NCBI RefSeq assembly: GCF_001194135.2
Contig: NC_068986.1
Span: 77,505,453 to 77,569,452, forward strand
Direction of reading: 5' to 3'
Length of the DNA: 64,000 nucleotides
Source: Octopus bimaculoides
Lineage: Eukaryota
The notes under the pieces were generated by a model. The model did no database searches. It had not been told where the DNA came from and saw nothing but the letters and a program-made list of their open reading frames with translations. Position numbers and translations under genes: made by a program. Below are positions 24,621-36,898 of the stretch, in pieces. How positions within the stretch are numbered: the first letter of the stretch is position 1; every line of letters starts with the position of its first letter.

Positions 24621-24901
24621 AGTTTTATTTCAAGATTTTATGCCAATAGAGAAAGAGCTGGTTTCTAACCTAGATCTAAGGTTCCTTCATTGGAATTTTA
24701 ACCACATCAACAGGGCATGTATGTATATATGTTTTGTTTTATGTTTGTATTCTCATCATATAGCTGCATGTCTAGACATGCTCATATATACTTAAATGAT
24801 AAACTTCTGGAAAGTTTTACAGATTGTTACAGTTCCAGTGATGCTTGGATCTGTAGTCTTCAAATCATCTTTCTCCTTTCTGGTTTTAAGAAGCCTGATT
24901 T
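24621..24901 (-). mobile_element. Second, inverted copy of the same REL-LINE 3' end
   Basis: The reverse complement aligns with ~17478-17790 (aaaaccagaaaggagaaag...ctttctctattggc...aaataaaact). Confidence 0.8.
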
Positions 24902-24931
24902 CTCATGATTGGCACTTAGGCTATGTGTGTA

Positions 24932-24976
<45 letters not shown>

Positions 24977-26287
24977 ATGCATGTGTGAGAGTTTGTGTGT
25001 GTGTGTGTGCATGCATAAGTGCATGTATGTGTGTGTGTACATACATAAGTGCATCTGTGTGAGAGTGCATGTGTATGCATGCATGTGTGTATGTATGTAT
25101 GTATGTATGCATGTATGTGTACCATTGTCTTTTTGTGATGTTTGTCTCCAACTATCAGTTAACAGCTGGTGTTCATTTGTCTCCATAACTTAGCAGTTCA
25201 ACAAAAGAGTCAAACAGAATAAGTACTAGACTTAAAAATAAGTACTGGGTTGGTTTGTTCAACTAAACCCTTCAAGGCAGTGTCCCCAAATGGCTGCAAC
25301 CCAATGACTGAAACTTGTAAATGATAAAAGATTTCAAATATTACTACCCAACCAGAAAATGATTTGTTGAGGTACAGATCAGTAGCTGAAAATACCTGGC
25401 AGTGAAACACAGCAATAATTCTTCTCTATGCTATACCACACTTGATTACTTGACTACTAATAAATAGCTCCCTTGTAACACTCCTCATATACAAGTGATA
25501 GGTAGACTGAACATTTCTAAAGTTATTTTAAAAACCTCCTTCCGGTCATGAATGACAATAGGATTGCACCTAGAAAGTTCCCCTCCAAGACACAAGTCCA
25601 GCAGTCACCCATGCATACCGGCCTCCCCTCTCCACACTACGGATTTTATCCAAGAGAAAGGCAAATGCTGATTCAGCTTGGTACCAGTGTTGTCACAGCT
25701 CATTTCTACAGCTGAATGAACTGGAGCAACAGTGTGAAATAAAGTGCTGTGCTCATGAACACAACGCACAGCCTGGTCTGGGAATCAAACTCACTACCTC
25801 ATGATTGTGAGCCCAACGCTCCAACCACTGAGCCATGCTCCTTCTCTTGTAACACCCATTAACAGCTAGCCAGCTGTATGTTGCTGCATGTCTTATCACT
25901 TGACAAAAACTGATCTGGAAATAAACATAATTTGAATGTGGGATCTTGTGAAACTGACAAATTCAAACTCTGCCACATCTTTACTTCAGAAATTCCTAAT
26001 CAAACTCCCGTTTATCTTTCTGTTGTTTGAAGGATAATTTGTTTGGAGAAATTCTGAGTAGTGACTGAGCAACTTATAAACTTTCAATGAATACATAAAC
26101 TTAACTACAGTGTAATTTTTTCTCCTCTGTATTTACGGCAGGATGGCATAAATTGAAATCTACAACTACGTAAGGAAGCACATGATGACCAGTGGTGTAA
26201 ACAACACCCAATAGTCTGGTCAGTGCAGTGATACGATATACAAATACATACATGCATGCATGCCTACAAGTGTGCGCGTGTGTGTGA

Positions 26288-26318
<31 letters not shown>

Positions 26319-26488
26319 TGTATATGTGTTTGTGTGTGTGCATGTGTGTATGTGTGCATCTGTGTGTGTGTGTGTGTGTGTAGTCATGCTTATGGGTGGA
26401 GATGTCAGGTGCATGGAATTAAAGTTTATAAGTAAATCAATTTAAAAAAAAAATTGGATCAAAGGAAGACATTAAGTTGGTACTTTAC

Positions 26489-26598
26489 CGTTCTCTCATG
26501 TATCTCATGAAGCCCAGTGCTACCATTTTCATAGTGGCTTCCAAAATAAAAACACTGGTAAAAAAATAGTTAAAAATTTTCAAAGCAAACTCTAAGCC
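26489..26598 (-). CDS. Cav3 (CACNA1G/H/I-like): Cav3 exon: IVS2 (110 nt, phase 0 to 2); not in the ORF track
   Basis: ttctctttccAG|GGC TTA GAG ... GAA CG|GTaaag. Encodes GLEFALKIFNYFFTSVFILEATMKMVALGFMRYMRE(R). Phases fit both neighbouring exons. Confidence 0.95.
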
Positions 26599-26824
26599 CT
26601 GGAAAGAGAAAGAGGAAGAAAGAAGATTAAATAAATATTAAAACTTCATTAAAATTTTTAATCTGTAAAGAAGTTGTCAACAGCTAGACATTGAATTTTA
26701 ATGTTGTGTATACAATATGCAAAGCAGTATGGCAGAGATGGGGGCAGAAGTAGGAGAACAAGAAGCAGAGAGAAAAAGTGCAGATCAAGAAGGTTTTTTT
26801 TTGTATTTTGTAGGTTTGTTCATT

Positions 26825-26855
<31 letters not shown>

Positions 26856-28291
26856 GTGTGTGCTTTTTTTCCCTTGTTTTTCTTTTTGCTGTGAGCACAT
26901 TGTATAAATGTGTGAGTGCACTTATACATATGTACATATATACATACATACATACATACATGCATACATACACACACATATTTTATATTTACATGCATCA
27001 TTATCATCATCATCATCATCATCATCCTCATCATCATCATTTAAAGTCTACACACATATATTATATGTGAGTATGTGTGTGTTTTCCTGGTGTTTTATTA
27101 TTTCTATGTATAAGAATGCGTATGTGCATGTGAGTATAAGAGTGGCTGTGTGAGTGAGTTTGTTGATAAGTATTGATATTTTCTATGTTCTTCCACCCCA
27201 CTCCACCTCACTGACTTTTCAGTCCACCATTTCCATTGATTATGATGTGTCACCCAGTCAGTCTTCTAATGATGTTATTTAGTTGCACACTGTGTAATAG
27301 ACAAAGCATGTTGTCATTTGAATTTCATGTTTGCTTTGTTTACATTCATACATTACTGTCAAAACTGAAGACCTTGTTTTGAAACATATCCACTCAGGAT
27401 TCTGTGGGCGGATGATTGAATGAAGTAGTGTTTTTTTAAGAAAAAGCATAAACAAACAAAATGAAAGTAAAAATTTTAGAAGTACCTATCCCTTTTTGTA
27501 CTTCATTCAAATCCCCCACTCCACCAAAAAAAAAAAAAAAAAAGGGAAAAAGAAGAAAAACTAAGATTTTTGGTGAAAGTAACTTTGTAAGCATTGCAGC
27601 CATAAGTGTTCTAGATTCTGATACTTTTAGCATGTAATAAATTTTTCTTCGTTAATTAACACAATCTCTTTCTTTTCTTGATATTAACCAACAAACAAGT
27701 TCAAATAATTCTTATTTGCCTTAGATTAATTGAAATTCTGATGGATAAAAAAGAACCCTTATCTCTTGAAAATGTACTTCGTACTTCATGCACAATGCAG
27801 CAATTGATATGATTGACTCTCCTGTTGGGTTTGATGTATGCAGGGAAAAAGAAATTACTCTCTTGCTTACTTTGCAAGTAGAACTGTGTAGTACCGAATG
27901 AATGAATGTAAGTTGTCAGAAAACCCACAAATATGAATAAATTTTCAAGTTAACCTACATGATACAGAAAAGACAACCTGATTTTTGTTTTCAAATAGGG
28001 GACAATTATGGAAACGGGCACAGGTGTGGCAGTGCAGTAAGAAATGTTCCAGGTTTGGCACCTTGAGAAAGGGCCTACAAATATAGATTTGGGATGGCCA
28101 AAATATTGTGAGTGGATTTGGTAGATGGAAACTGAAAGAAGCTTGTTGAATATATATAAGCACAGGAGTGGCTGTGTGGTAAGAAGCTTGCTTCCAAACC
28201 ACATGGTTCCGGGTTCAATCCCACTGTGTGGCACTTTGGGCAAGTGTCCTCTACTATAGCCTTGTGAAACGGAAACTGAAAGAAGCCCATC

Positions 28292-28340
<49 letters not shown>

Positions 28341-28373
28341 AACACACACACAACACGCATAAATATATATATA

Positions 28374-28416
<43 letters not shown>

Positions 28417-29899
28417 ATGTGTGTGAGTGTTACTGTCATGTAAGCAGTGTCCTTTGATACCAAACTTCTGTGGAAACATATCTGGCTGAGGGGAAATATT
28501 ACCTTACTTGGAAATAGAAAATGGTTGGCAGGAGGAAGGGCATGTAACTCTTGAAAATCCACTTCAAGAAATTCTGTCGGACCCATGTGAGTATGGAAAG
28601 GTGGATGTTAAAACAACAAGGATAATGATAATGATGTTTCAGTATATTTTATAACCTCATCAGTACAGTTCAGTTCTACCTTACCTGCAGGCCAATGTTT
28701 TTGTTTTATTTTACATTTAATGTTTGATCTCTAGTGTACCATTGAAGAGACATGGCTCAGTGGTTAGAGCATCGGGCTTACAATCATGAGGTAGTGAGTT
28801 CAATTTCTGGACTGCGCTGTGTGTTGTGTACTTGAGAAAGACACTTTATTTCATGTTGTTCCAGTCCACTCAGCTGTAGAAATGAGTTGTGACGTCACTG
28901 GTACCAAGCTGTATTGGTGTTTATCTTTCCCTTGGATAACTTTGGTGGCATGAAGAGGGGAAGCTGGTCTTCCATAAACAGCCTTGCCCAGACTTGTGCT
29001 TTAAAGGGGAACTTTCTAGGTGGAATCCCATGGTCATTCATGATCGAAGAGGGTCTTTACCCAAGTGTACCACAAAGGTAAAATTTAAAACTGCTTTTTC
29101 AATAAGATGGATTTCAAAGATAGGAATTTTGGCCTAGGCTAAATTTTAGCCTCTTAGGTAGGTGGGGAAATGAAAGTAGAAGCCACAGCTTATGGGTTGC
29201 TGCAGTAGAAAGCTGCACATCAAGAATGCTTACAGCTGAGTGGACTCAGCTAAAGGTATCCAAGAACCAGATGATGGTGGAATAGAACTGGGGAATAATT
29301 TAAATCTTCACTGAAGAGTAGGTACAAGCAGTGCCAGATTTACTATTGTGCTTAGGTGTGCTTAAGCACAGAGTCCTGTTGACCAGAGGGGTGGGGGAAG
29401 GCGCGTCTTTCTGCCCACCAGATTTTTATGATGAATTTTTCAAATGTCAAACATTCAAATGTTTTTCCTAAAAGTTATGAAAATGAAAATAATAATGTAA
29501 ATCCTTTTACACATTATCTTTTAACATAAAGGGGCCAAAGTCAGGAGCTCCATAACTTAACTAGCACAAGGCTTCATTAGTCCTAAATTTGGCACTGGGT
29601 ACAAACCATCTGATTGGCTTCTGCACACTTTCTGTATCTTTTTTCTTCTTTCCTTTATGCTTTACTTGTTTCAGCTATTAGACTGTGATCATGGTGGGAT
29701 AGTGCTTTGAAGAGTTTAGTCAAACAAATTGATCCCGAGACTTCTTTTATGTTTAAGCCTAGTACTTATTTTATCAGCCTCTTTTTAAATAAACCAACAC
29801 TGGTTGTTAAGTGATGGTGGTGGGAGAACAAACACAAACACAAAGACATACACATAGTACACATAGATATATATATATCTATCTACATACATACATGTA

Positions 29900-29936
<37 letters not shown>

Positions 29937-29978
29937 TTATCTATCTAAGCGTTTATATGCATGTATATGTCTAAACAA

Positions 29979-30009
<31 letters not shown>

Positions 30010-30093
30010 TGTATGTATGTATCTATCTATCTATCTATTTATCTATATTTATATATATATGTCTATATCTATATCTATATTTATATATATATA

Positions 30094-30917
30094 TGTGGTC
30101 TGATCAATAAGTATCTACTCTGTTGCCATGGTAATGAAGCTAAAGCACTCAGTGTGAAGCTGCTTGACATAAATTGACCTTGAACACCGCTGTGCATGTA
30201 CACTAAGTATTAACATTCTAGCTCACTTCTGCTGCTTACAGCAGTGCTTGGAAGGAAGGCATGTAGCATGTGACCATTGCCAAAAGCTTAGTGATACCTG
30301 CTCAGAGGCCTATGCAAAGTTTTCAAAAAGCTTTCATTGTTCTCGACACAAACAAGGAGATCTTGTGCAACTGAAACCCAAGTGTCTTTTTGGTCAGCTA
30401 AAAACAGTTTTGGCACAAACTTGACAGATACGCGTCTCATACCAAAAATCGTCATTGATAATGAACTGAACTGAACTGTAACTAATCTGCACATCCTCTG
30501 ATAACTCATGGATGGTGATTCAACAATTTCCCCTCACAGCTGCATGCACATCTGCAATGGTTTTCTCAGTTCTGCTGGCTGCTGGTCTCCCAGAACATTC
30601 ATCAGTATCGCTATTTTTTCAGCCATCTTAGAAATGTCTGAACCACTTGTACATTCCATACACTTTCTACTACTTTGCATAGGCGTCCGAGCAGGTATCA
30701 CCATAACAACTTTCTCTGTCATGGTCAATGTGATGATCGTATGCTACATACGTTCCTTCTAAGCACTACTGTAGACAGCAGAAGTGAGTTAGAACATTAA
30801 AACTTAGTGTGCATGCACAGCAGATGTCAAGGTCAATCTGTGTCAAGTGGCTTCACTCTGCATGCTTTAGATTCATTACTAGGGCAACAGTCCGGATACT
30901 TATTGATCATACTTCAC
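30094..30917 (-). mobile_element. Non-autonomous mariner derivative with ~180-bp inverted ends enclosing a transposase 5' fragment
   Basis: 30094-~30275 is the reverse complement of ~30737-30917. The interior minus strand reads MTMTEKV... and GMRRVSVKFVPKLFLADQK. A solo arm lies at ~47619-47830. Confidence 0.85.
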
Positions 30918-31328
30918 GGTTCCAGGTTCAGTCCCACTGTGGCATCTTGGCCAAGTGTCTTCTACTATAGTACTATAGCCTCGAACCAACCAAAGCCTTG
31001 TGAGTGGATTTGGTAGATGGAAACTGAAAGGAGCCTGTTGTATATATATATCTATATCTATACCTATATCTATATCTATATATATACATATATATATGTT
31101 TATGTTTGTGTACCTGTGTTTGTCCCTCCACCATTGCTTGACAACCAATGTTAGTATGTTTACGTCTCTGTAACTTAGCAGTTTGGCAAAAAAGGCTGAT
31201 AGAATAAGTACTAGGCTTACATAGAATAAGTCCTGGGGTCAATTTGTTTAACTAAAGGTGTTACTCCAGCATGGCCGCAGTCAAATGACTTAAACAAATA
31301 AAAGAATATACATATATATGTGTGCGTG

Positions 31329-31379
<51 letters not shown>

Positions 31380-31711
31380 TGGTCATTGCACCCAATGTAC
31401 TTTGTAGAGGGATTTGCATTAGGAAGGGCATCTAACCATAGAAACCAAGTCAAAACAAACTGGAGCCTAGTGCAGGACTACCAGCTCCAATCAAACCATC
31501 TAACCCATGCCAGCATGAAAAATGGATGCTGACAAGAGAGGAAGAGAGAAAGAGAAAGAGAGAGAGAGCATAGATACAGACAGACAGACAAATAGATAGC
31601 TAGCTAGATAGATAGATAGAGAGAGAGAGTGAGAGAGGTAGAGGGAGTACAGCAAATAATGTTATGAGTTAGTATTCAAAAGTAATTCAATGATTTAATC
31701 AGATTACTTAC

Positions 31712-31863
31712 TTCTGGCATAAGATAATACTCTGTTGCCATAGTTATGACATTGAGACCAATCACACCCGCAATGGCCAAATCAAAGTATTTACTGTTGA
31801 TTACAGTATGTATCAATAGTCTTGCACGTGAATAGGAAGCCCAGTATGGTGGTTCCCGCAATT
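31712..31863 (-). CDS. Cav3 (CACNA1G/H/I-like): Cav3 T-type Ca channel exon: end of III-IV linker + IVS1 (152 nt, phase 1 to 0)
   Basis: cttccAG acceptor, GTaagt donor. Encodes xLREPPYWASYSRARLLIHTVINSKYFDLAIAGVIGLNVITMATEYYLMPE, matching the Cav3 EPPY...KYFDLAIA.VIGLNV.TMA motif. Confidence 0.96.
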
Positions 31864-31870
31864 CTGGAAG

Positions 31871-31942
<72 letters not shown>
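31871..31942. repeat. (TAT)24 trinucleotide repeat 7 nt upstream of the IVS1 exon acceptor
   Basis: Direct inspection; uninterrupted repeat. Confidence 0.92.
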
Positions 31943-31944
<2 letters not shown>

Positions 31945-32120
31945 CTCTCAAAATACAAAGATCTGGAAACAGAGGTAACTTGAACATGAAGTCCCAAAAC
32001 AGAAACAATTCTTATAATAGTAGGTGCATTAGGTTATGATGGAAAGATATTACAAATGTATATAGTGCTGTGAAAGCACATGGTAAAAATAAGACTTACT
32101 GAATAATAATAATAATAATG

Positions 32121-32169
<49 letters not shown>

Positions 32170-33411
32170 TAATGATGATGATTTTTTCATTATTGGCCAC
32201 AAGGGCTGAAAATAAAACAAAAAGGAACAATACAACACAATAGACAAGTAGGGCTTAGCAAAAAACTTTGCATCTACACCTATTATATAGCTGAGTTTGA
32301 AATCCACACCTTACAAGATAGCAATCTGGGAGTCGCACCAATGGATTCCTCATGGCCAAAAATGCCCGGAATCAGCCATTTATTAATTTTTTTATTGCTT
32401 CCTAACATGTGAATTTTTGTATTAAAAATAATTTTAAACCATAAATTCTAACAATTTTCAAATCGGAGCATGAGTTAAGTCCCCTTTTTGCGACGGTGTA
32501 AAGACAAGGAGAGAGATAACAGATTTTTAAAATTTTGTCTTTTTAGTAAGTGATACACAATATAAACGACCGTTTCTCATATAGCTGGTCGTGCGTGAAC
32601 ATGGGAGAGAGCAGAAGTTACCAGAACAAAAATCCTAAGTGTTCACTGTACATACGATCCTTTGCAAACGATCAGCTATTATTTTGTAAACAATGTTACG
32701 AAACTGTTCATGTTTTCGAATTATATATATATATATGATTTCGGTGCAAATGGTTTTGTTATACGACGCCGTATTTTACAATCATGTAAATAATAATAAC
32801 AATGGTATTTTTTTACATAAGCTTAAACTTTATGGCGTTCACCATGCAATGACTAAGGAAAATAGTCTAATAACGGGGCATATAAGCATTCGACAGAAAA
32901 AACAAGGCTTTCCTATCCGTGTGTGAAGGTAACACACACAGTCATGTTAACAAAGGGATGTGGATTCGCGTCCCACGCGGATGGGAAAGCCTTCTTTTCC
33001 CTGTCGAGGGCTTATATGCTCCGTTATTACACTATTTTCGTTAGTCATTGTACAGTGAATGGCAAAAGCTTTAAGCTTATATAAAAATACCATTATTATT
33101 ATTTACAACATTGTAAAATACTGCACCGTATAATAGACAGAAACTGAAAGAAATGTATCATATGTATATGTATGTATATATGTGTCTATGTCTCTGTGTT
33201 TCTCCCTCATCACTGCTTCACAACTGCTGTTCGTTTATTTACATTCCCATAACTTACTGGTTTGACAAGAAGAAGCTGTTAGAATAAGTACCAGGCTTAT
33301 CAAAATAAAAAAAAGCACTAGGCAGTGTCTCATATTTTTGTTTGCCCACTCAGTTGTACCTATCAATCTATCTTTTAGTGTGTGTGTGTGTGTGTGTGTG
33401 TACACACACAC

Positions 33412-33446
<35 letters not shown>

Positions 33447-34590
33447 TATATAACACACACACACACACACATACATGTATGTATATGTGCATATTCATAT
33501 CTATTGTATAAAAGTCAATGTCTTTATGTGTGTTTGTGTGTTACTTATACATTCGAAAACTACTGCACCAATCATAATGAAATTTGGAACACAAAATCCA
33601 AGACTAGGGAGAAGGGTAATGCTTTGTGTTTCATACAATTTCATGGACCAAAATTACTGAATGGATCCTTATGATATTTGGAACTTTTAGTCATTTTATC
33701 TAAGCAAAGATGAATACAGTTGTACTCTTGGAAGCTGTAGGGTCACCCGGGCATAAAAGATGAGCGTTATTTGTAATTCAATGGTACAACAGTGTCAGAG
33801 TTTGCTTTGAGATATACTTACCACACAGCCACACCTGCACCTATGTATGTGTGTGTGTGTGCATGTGTATGTGTGTGTATGGGTGTATATATGTATGCAT
33901 GTATATATGTCTATATATATATGTGTACATATTACATGTACATCTATATATATACATCTACACATATACATGTATACATATACATTTATATCTATATATA
34001 TGCATAATATATATAACAATAATAAATATATTAACAACAACAACAACGGTGGTGACAGTGGTGATGGCAATGGTAACAATAACAATGACAACAACAACAT
34101 CAATGACAACAACAACAACAATAACAACTGATAATGAATCTGAAAAGAAATTGAGAAATTATCCAAATATATATATCTGGAAATAAACATAATCTGAATG
34201 TGGGGTCCGAAAACAGAACTAATCCCTATAAAACAGACACGTAATAAAATACACAAACACAATCCCAGGACTTACAAATATGTATAATATGTGATGTAGA
34301 GTACTATCAATACAGTAAAAATAACAAATCCAAAACAAAATCCTGCACATACCCAAAACACACACAACTATGTTCAGTAGAGCAGTGAAAGTAAACAATA
34401 AAAACAAGATAACTGAATAGTATTAACAATAATGGTTTCATATTTTGACGCAAGGCCAGCAATTTTGGGGCAGTGTGTAACTCGATTACATTCACCCCAG
34501 TGTTCGACTAGTGCCTCTTTTATCAATTTTGAAAAGACGAAAGGCAGAGTTGATCTCAGTGGAATTTGAATAATAATAATAATAATAATA

Positions 34591-34629
<39 letters not shown>

Positions 34630-36870
34630 GGCGACTACCGTACCAGTGATTGTAGGATCTCTAGGGATGATAAAAAAAGGTACTGAAACCTATTTGAAAA
34701 TGATATCAGGCCTACCATCCCCACAAGAAGTGCAAAAAATCATGTTAACTGGAACGACTCATGTACTGAGAAGAGCATTATTGCTGTGAAAACAACATCC
34801 ATTCATGAATTTTTTTATTTATTAATTTTCTCACATACATATTTTACTTGTGAATTTGCGTGTGTAAACTGGGAATGCATATAATGAGCTTCTCTGCCCT
34901 AGGTGTATGGAAAACACTCGGCGAGAAATGGAAGAAAATTTTAAGAAAGAGAGAAAAAAAAAACAACATAATAATAATAATAAAAAATGTCCTGCTGCAG
35001 TACCAGGCAGTGGTTTACATGGTTTCTGATCTTAATTGATCGGAAGTGTTAATAGGTACATATTTTGTGTTGGTAAAAGATGGGTTACAACAAAGTTTCT
35101 GCTCAATACTGCAGATTTGCTTGTCAGTTGCTTGACCTTAGCCAGTTGAGATTATCCCTTGTGGATGACAATATGTGGCTCTGATCACGAACAGGAGTCG
35201 TGAAGGAGCATCATACTCATCTGTTGAGAGGGATTCTTTGGTGTTTGAATAATTCATCTCTGGAAACATGGGTGTTTCATTCATCATCCTTAAACAACCC
35301 TGAAGAAAATTCTAGCTGGACCTCACCTGTAAGGTTATGTACTGTTTATCTTCATATGAGGTCACCATGTCACACACATATGGTTGTGACGTATGTGCCT
35401 GGTGTACCCTTATGAAATGGGAAGTATATTGATGGATATATTGGGTTTCAAATACCTGTACCTTAATGTCACTTTGATGGCATGCACTGCTCTCTCACTC
35501 AATTATAACTCTTTCCACTATAGGTACAAAACCTGAAATTTTGGGGAAATGTGCCAGTTGATTACATCAACCTCAGCTCCCAACTGGTCCTTGCTTTTAC
35601 TAGATGAGCAGTAATTATTGAAGCTGAAGTGTTTTCGAACCCTGAAGGGGAAGGCAAGATTTGTGATGCAGTATGTGGTTTGCTGATGTGAAATTGTCAA
35701 GGGGAGAGATCATTACTGGTGGTGAGGTCTAGAATTTTGAAGGTTTTATTTGTGCGTGATTTATGTTTTGTAGGATGAGACACTAAAATTCTTTTCTTGA
35801 TACATGTAGTGATTTCTTAGGGCTGACTTGGGGCTAAACGACGATGACGACGGTGGCGTCGATGATGGCGGCAGCAGTGACGATGACGACGATGACGACG
35901 ACTGTTGTCTTGCCTTTAGATTTTAGAATTCTCTTGTTATAACTTAATCTATCAATATTTGCTACCGTATTTGGATGGACAGAATCATTGGATACTGCAC
36001 TGAAATGCTAAAAAAAATTGCTTTGATGTTTGTGTAAAATTTACATAATTTCCATTGATTTTTGCAGCCTAGCTGATAACAATGACAATAGCAATGAGGC
36101 TTCTAATAGATTAGGTTTGTATTAATTATTTATTTAAATATTTCATCTCCATATTTACTTAGAGCATAAACATTTGTAAATCCACAACCAGGATGCAGTA
36201 ATAATAGTCACATATTATCAATCCTTTCTATGATAGACACAAGGCCTGAAATTTTGGGGAGGGAGCCTAGGCGATTACATTGACCCCAGTGTTCAACTGG
36301 AACTTATTTTATGAACCCCGAAAGGATGAAAGGCAAAATCGACCTCAGCATTACAGATATAATTATGAATAATAATTAACACATATAAATTCACCGCAAC
36401 CTATTATATATTATAAACTGTGACTTATTAAATAAGTTTATAATAAATAAAAATCTGTTTATTATATATGTCTAATCTTGAAATGATTTTACAACAAAAC
36501 TTTGTTTTTCTTTGATATTTCTTCATAACTTTATATATTTAATAACTAAATAGTACTTTATCGGAAATTTTAACATTAAAAAATCACATTGAAAATATAA
36601 ACTCAAATCTGGGAGAAAAAGAAAAATGGATAAAAAAAGGAACAAGGAAAGAAAAAGAAAAACAGAAAAAAAGAAAGAAAAAAAGGAACGAGTTATTTAC
36701 TAGCATCTGACTGTGCTATAAAGAAATGGATCAAAAGTAAAAAATGTCTAATTTTTCGTGTTTTTAGATTAATAAAATGACTTCGACACTGCAATAATTT
36801 GTGCAGTCCAAAGCAAATTTTACAAGAACTCTTATAAAGGGAAACAACTCTTTCATATCTTTTTGCTTAC

Positions 36871-36898
36871 CTCCCTTGCAGCATCGTCGACTGGGTCC
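36871..36898 (-). other. Candidate 28-nt microexon in the III-IV linker intron
   Basis: GC-rich island in AT-rich DNA, bounded by ...aaaatAG and GAG|GTaagc. Reads GPSRRCCKG+G if entered in phase 0. No transcript support. Confidence 0.3.

Noticed and set aside
31864-31944. Poly-Tyr24 as real protein sequence
   Set aside because: It needs a weak GAG acceptor, whereas the downstream cttccAG gives the conserved 152-nt exon.
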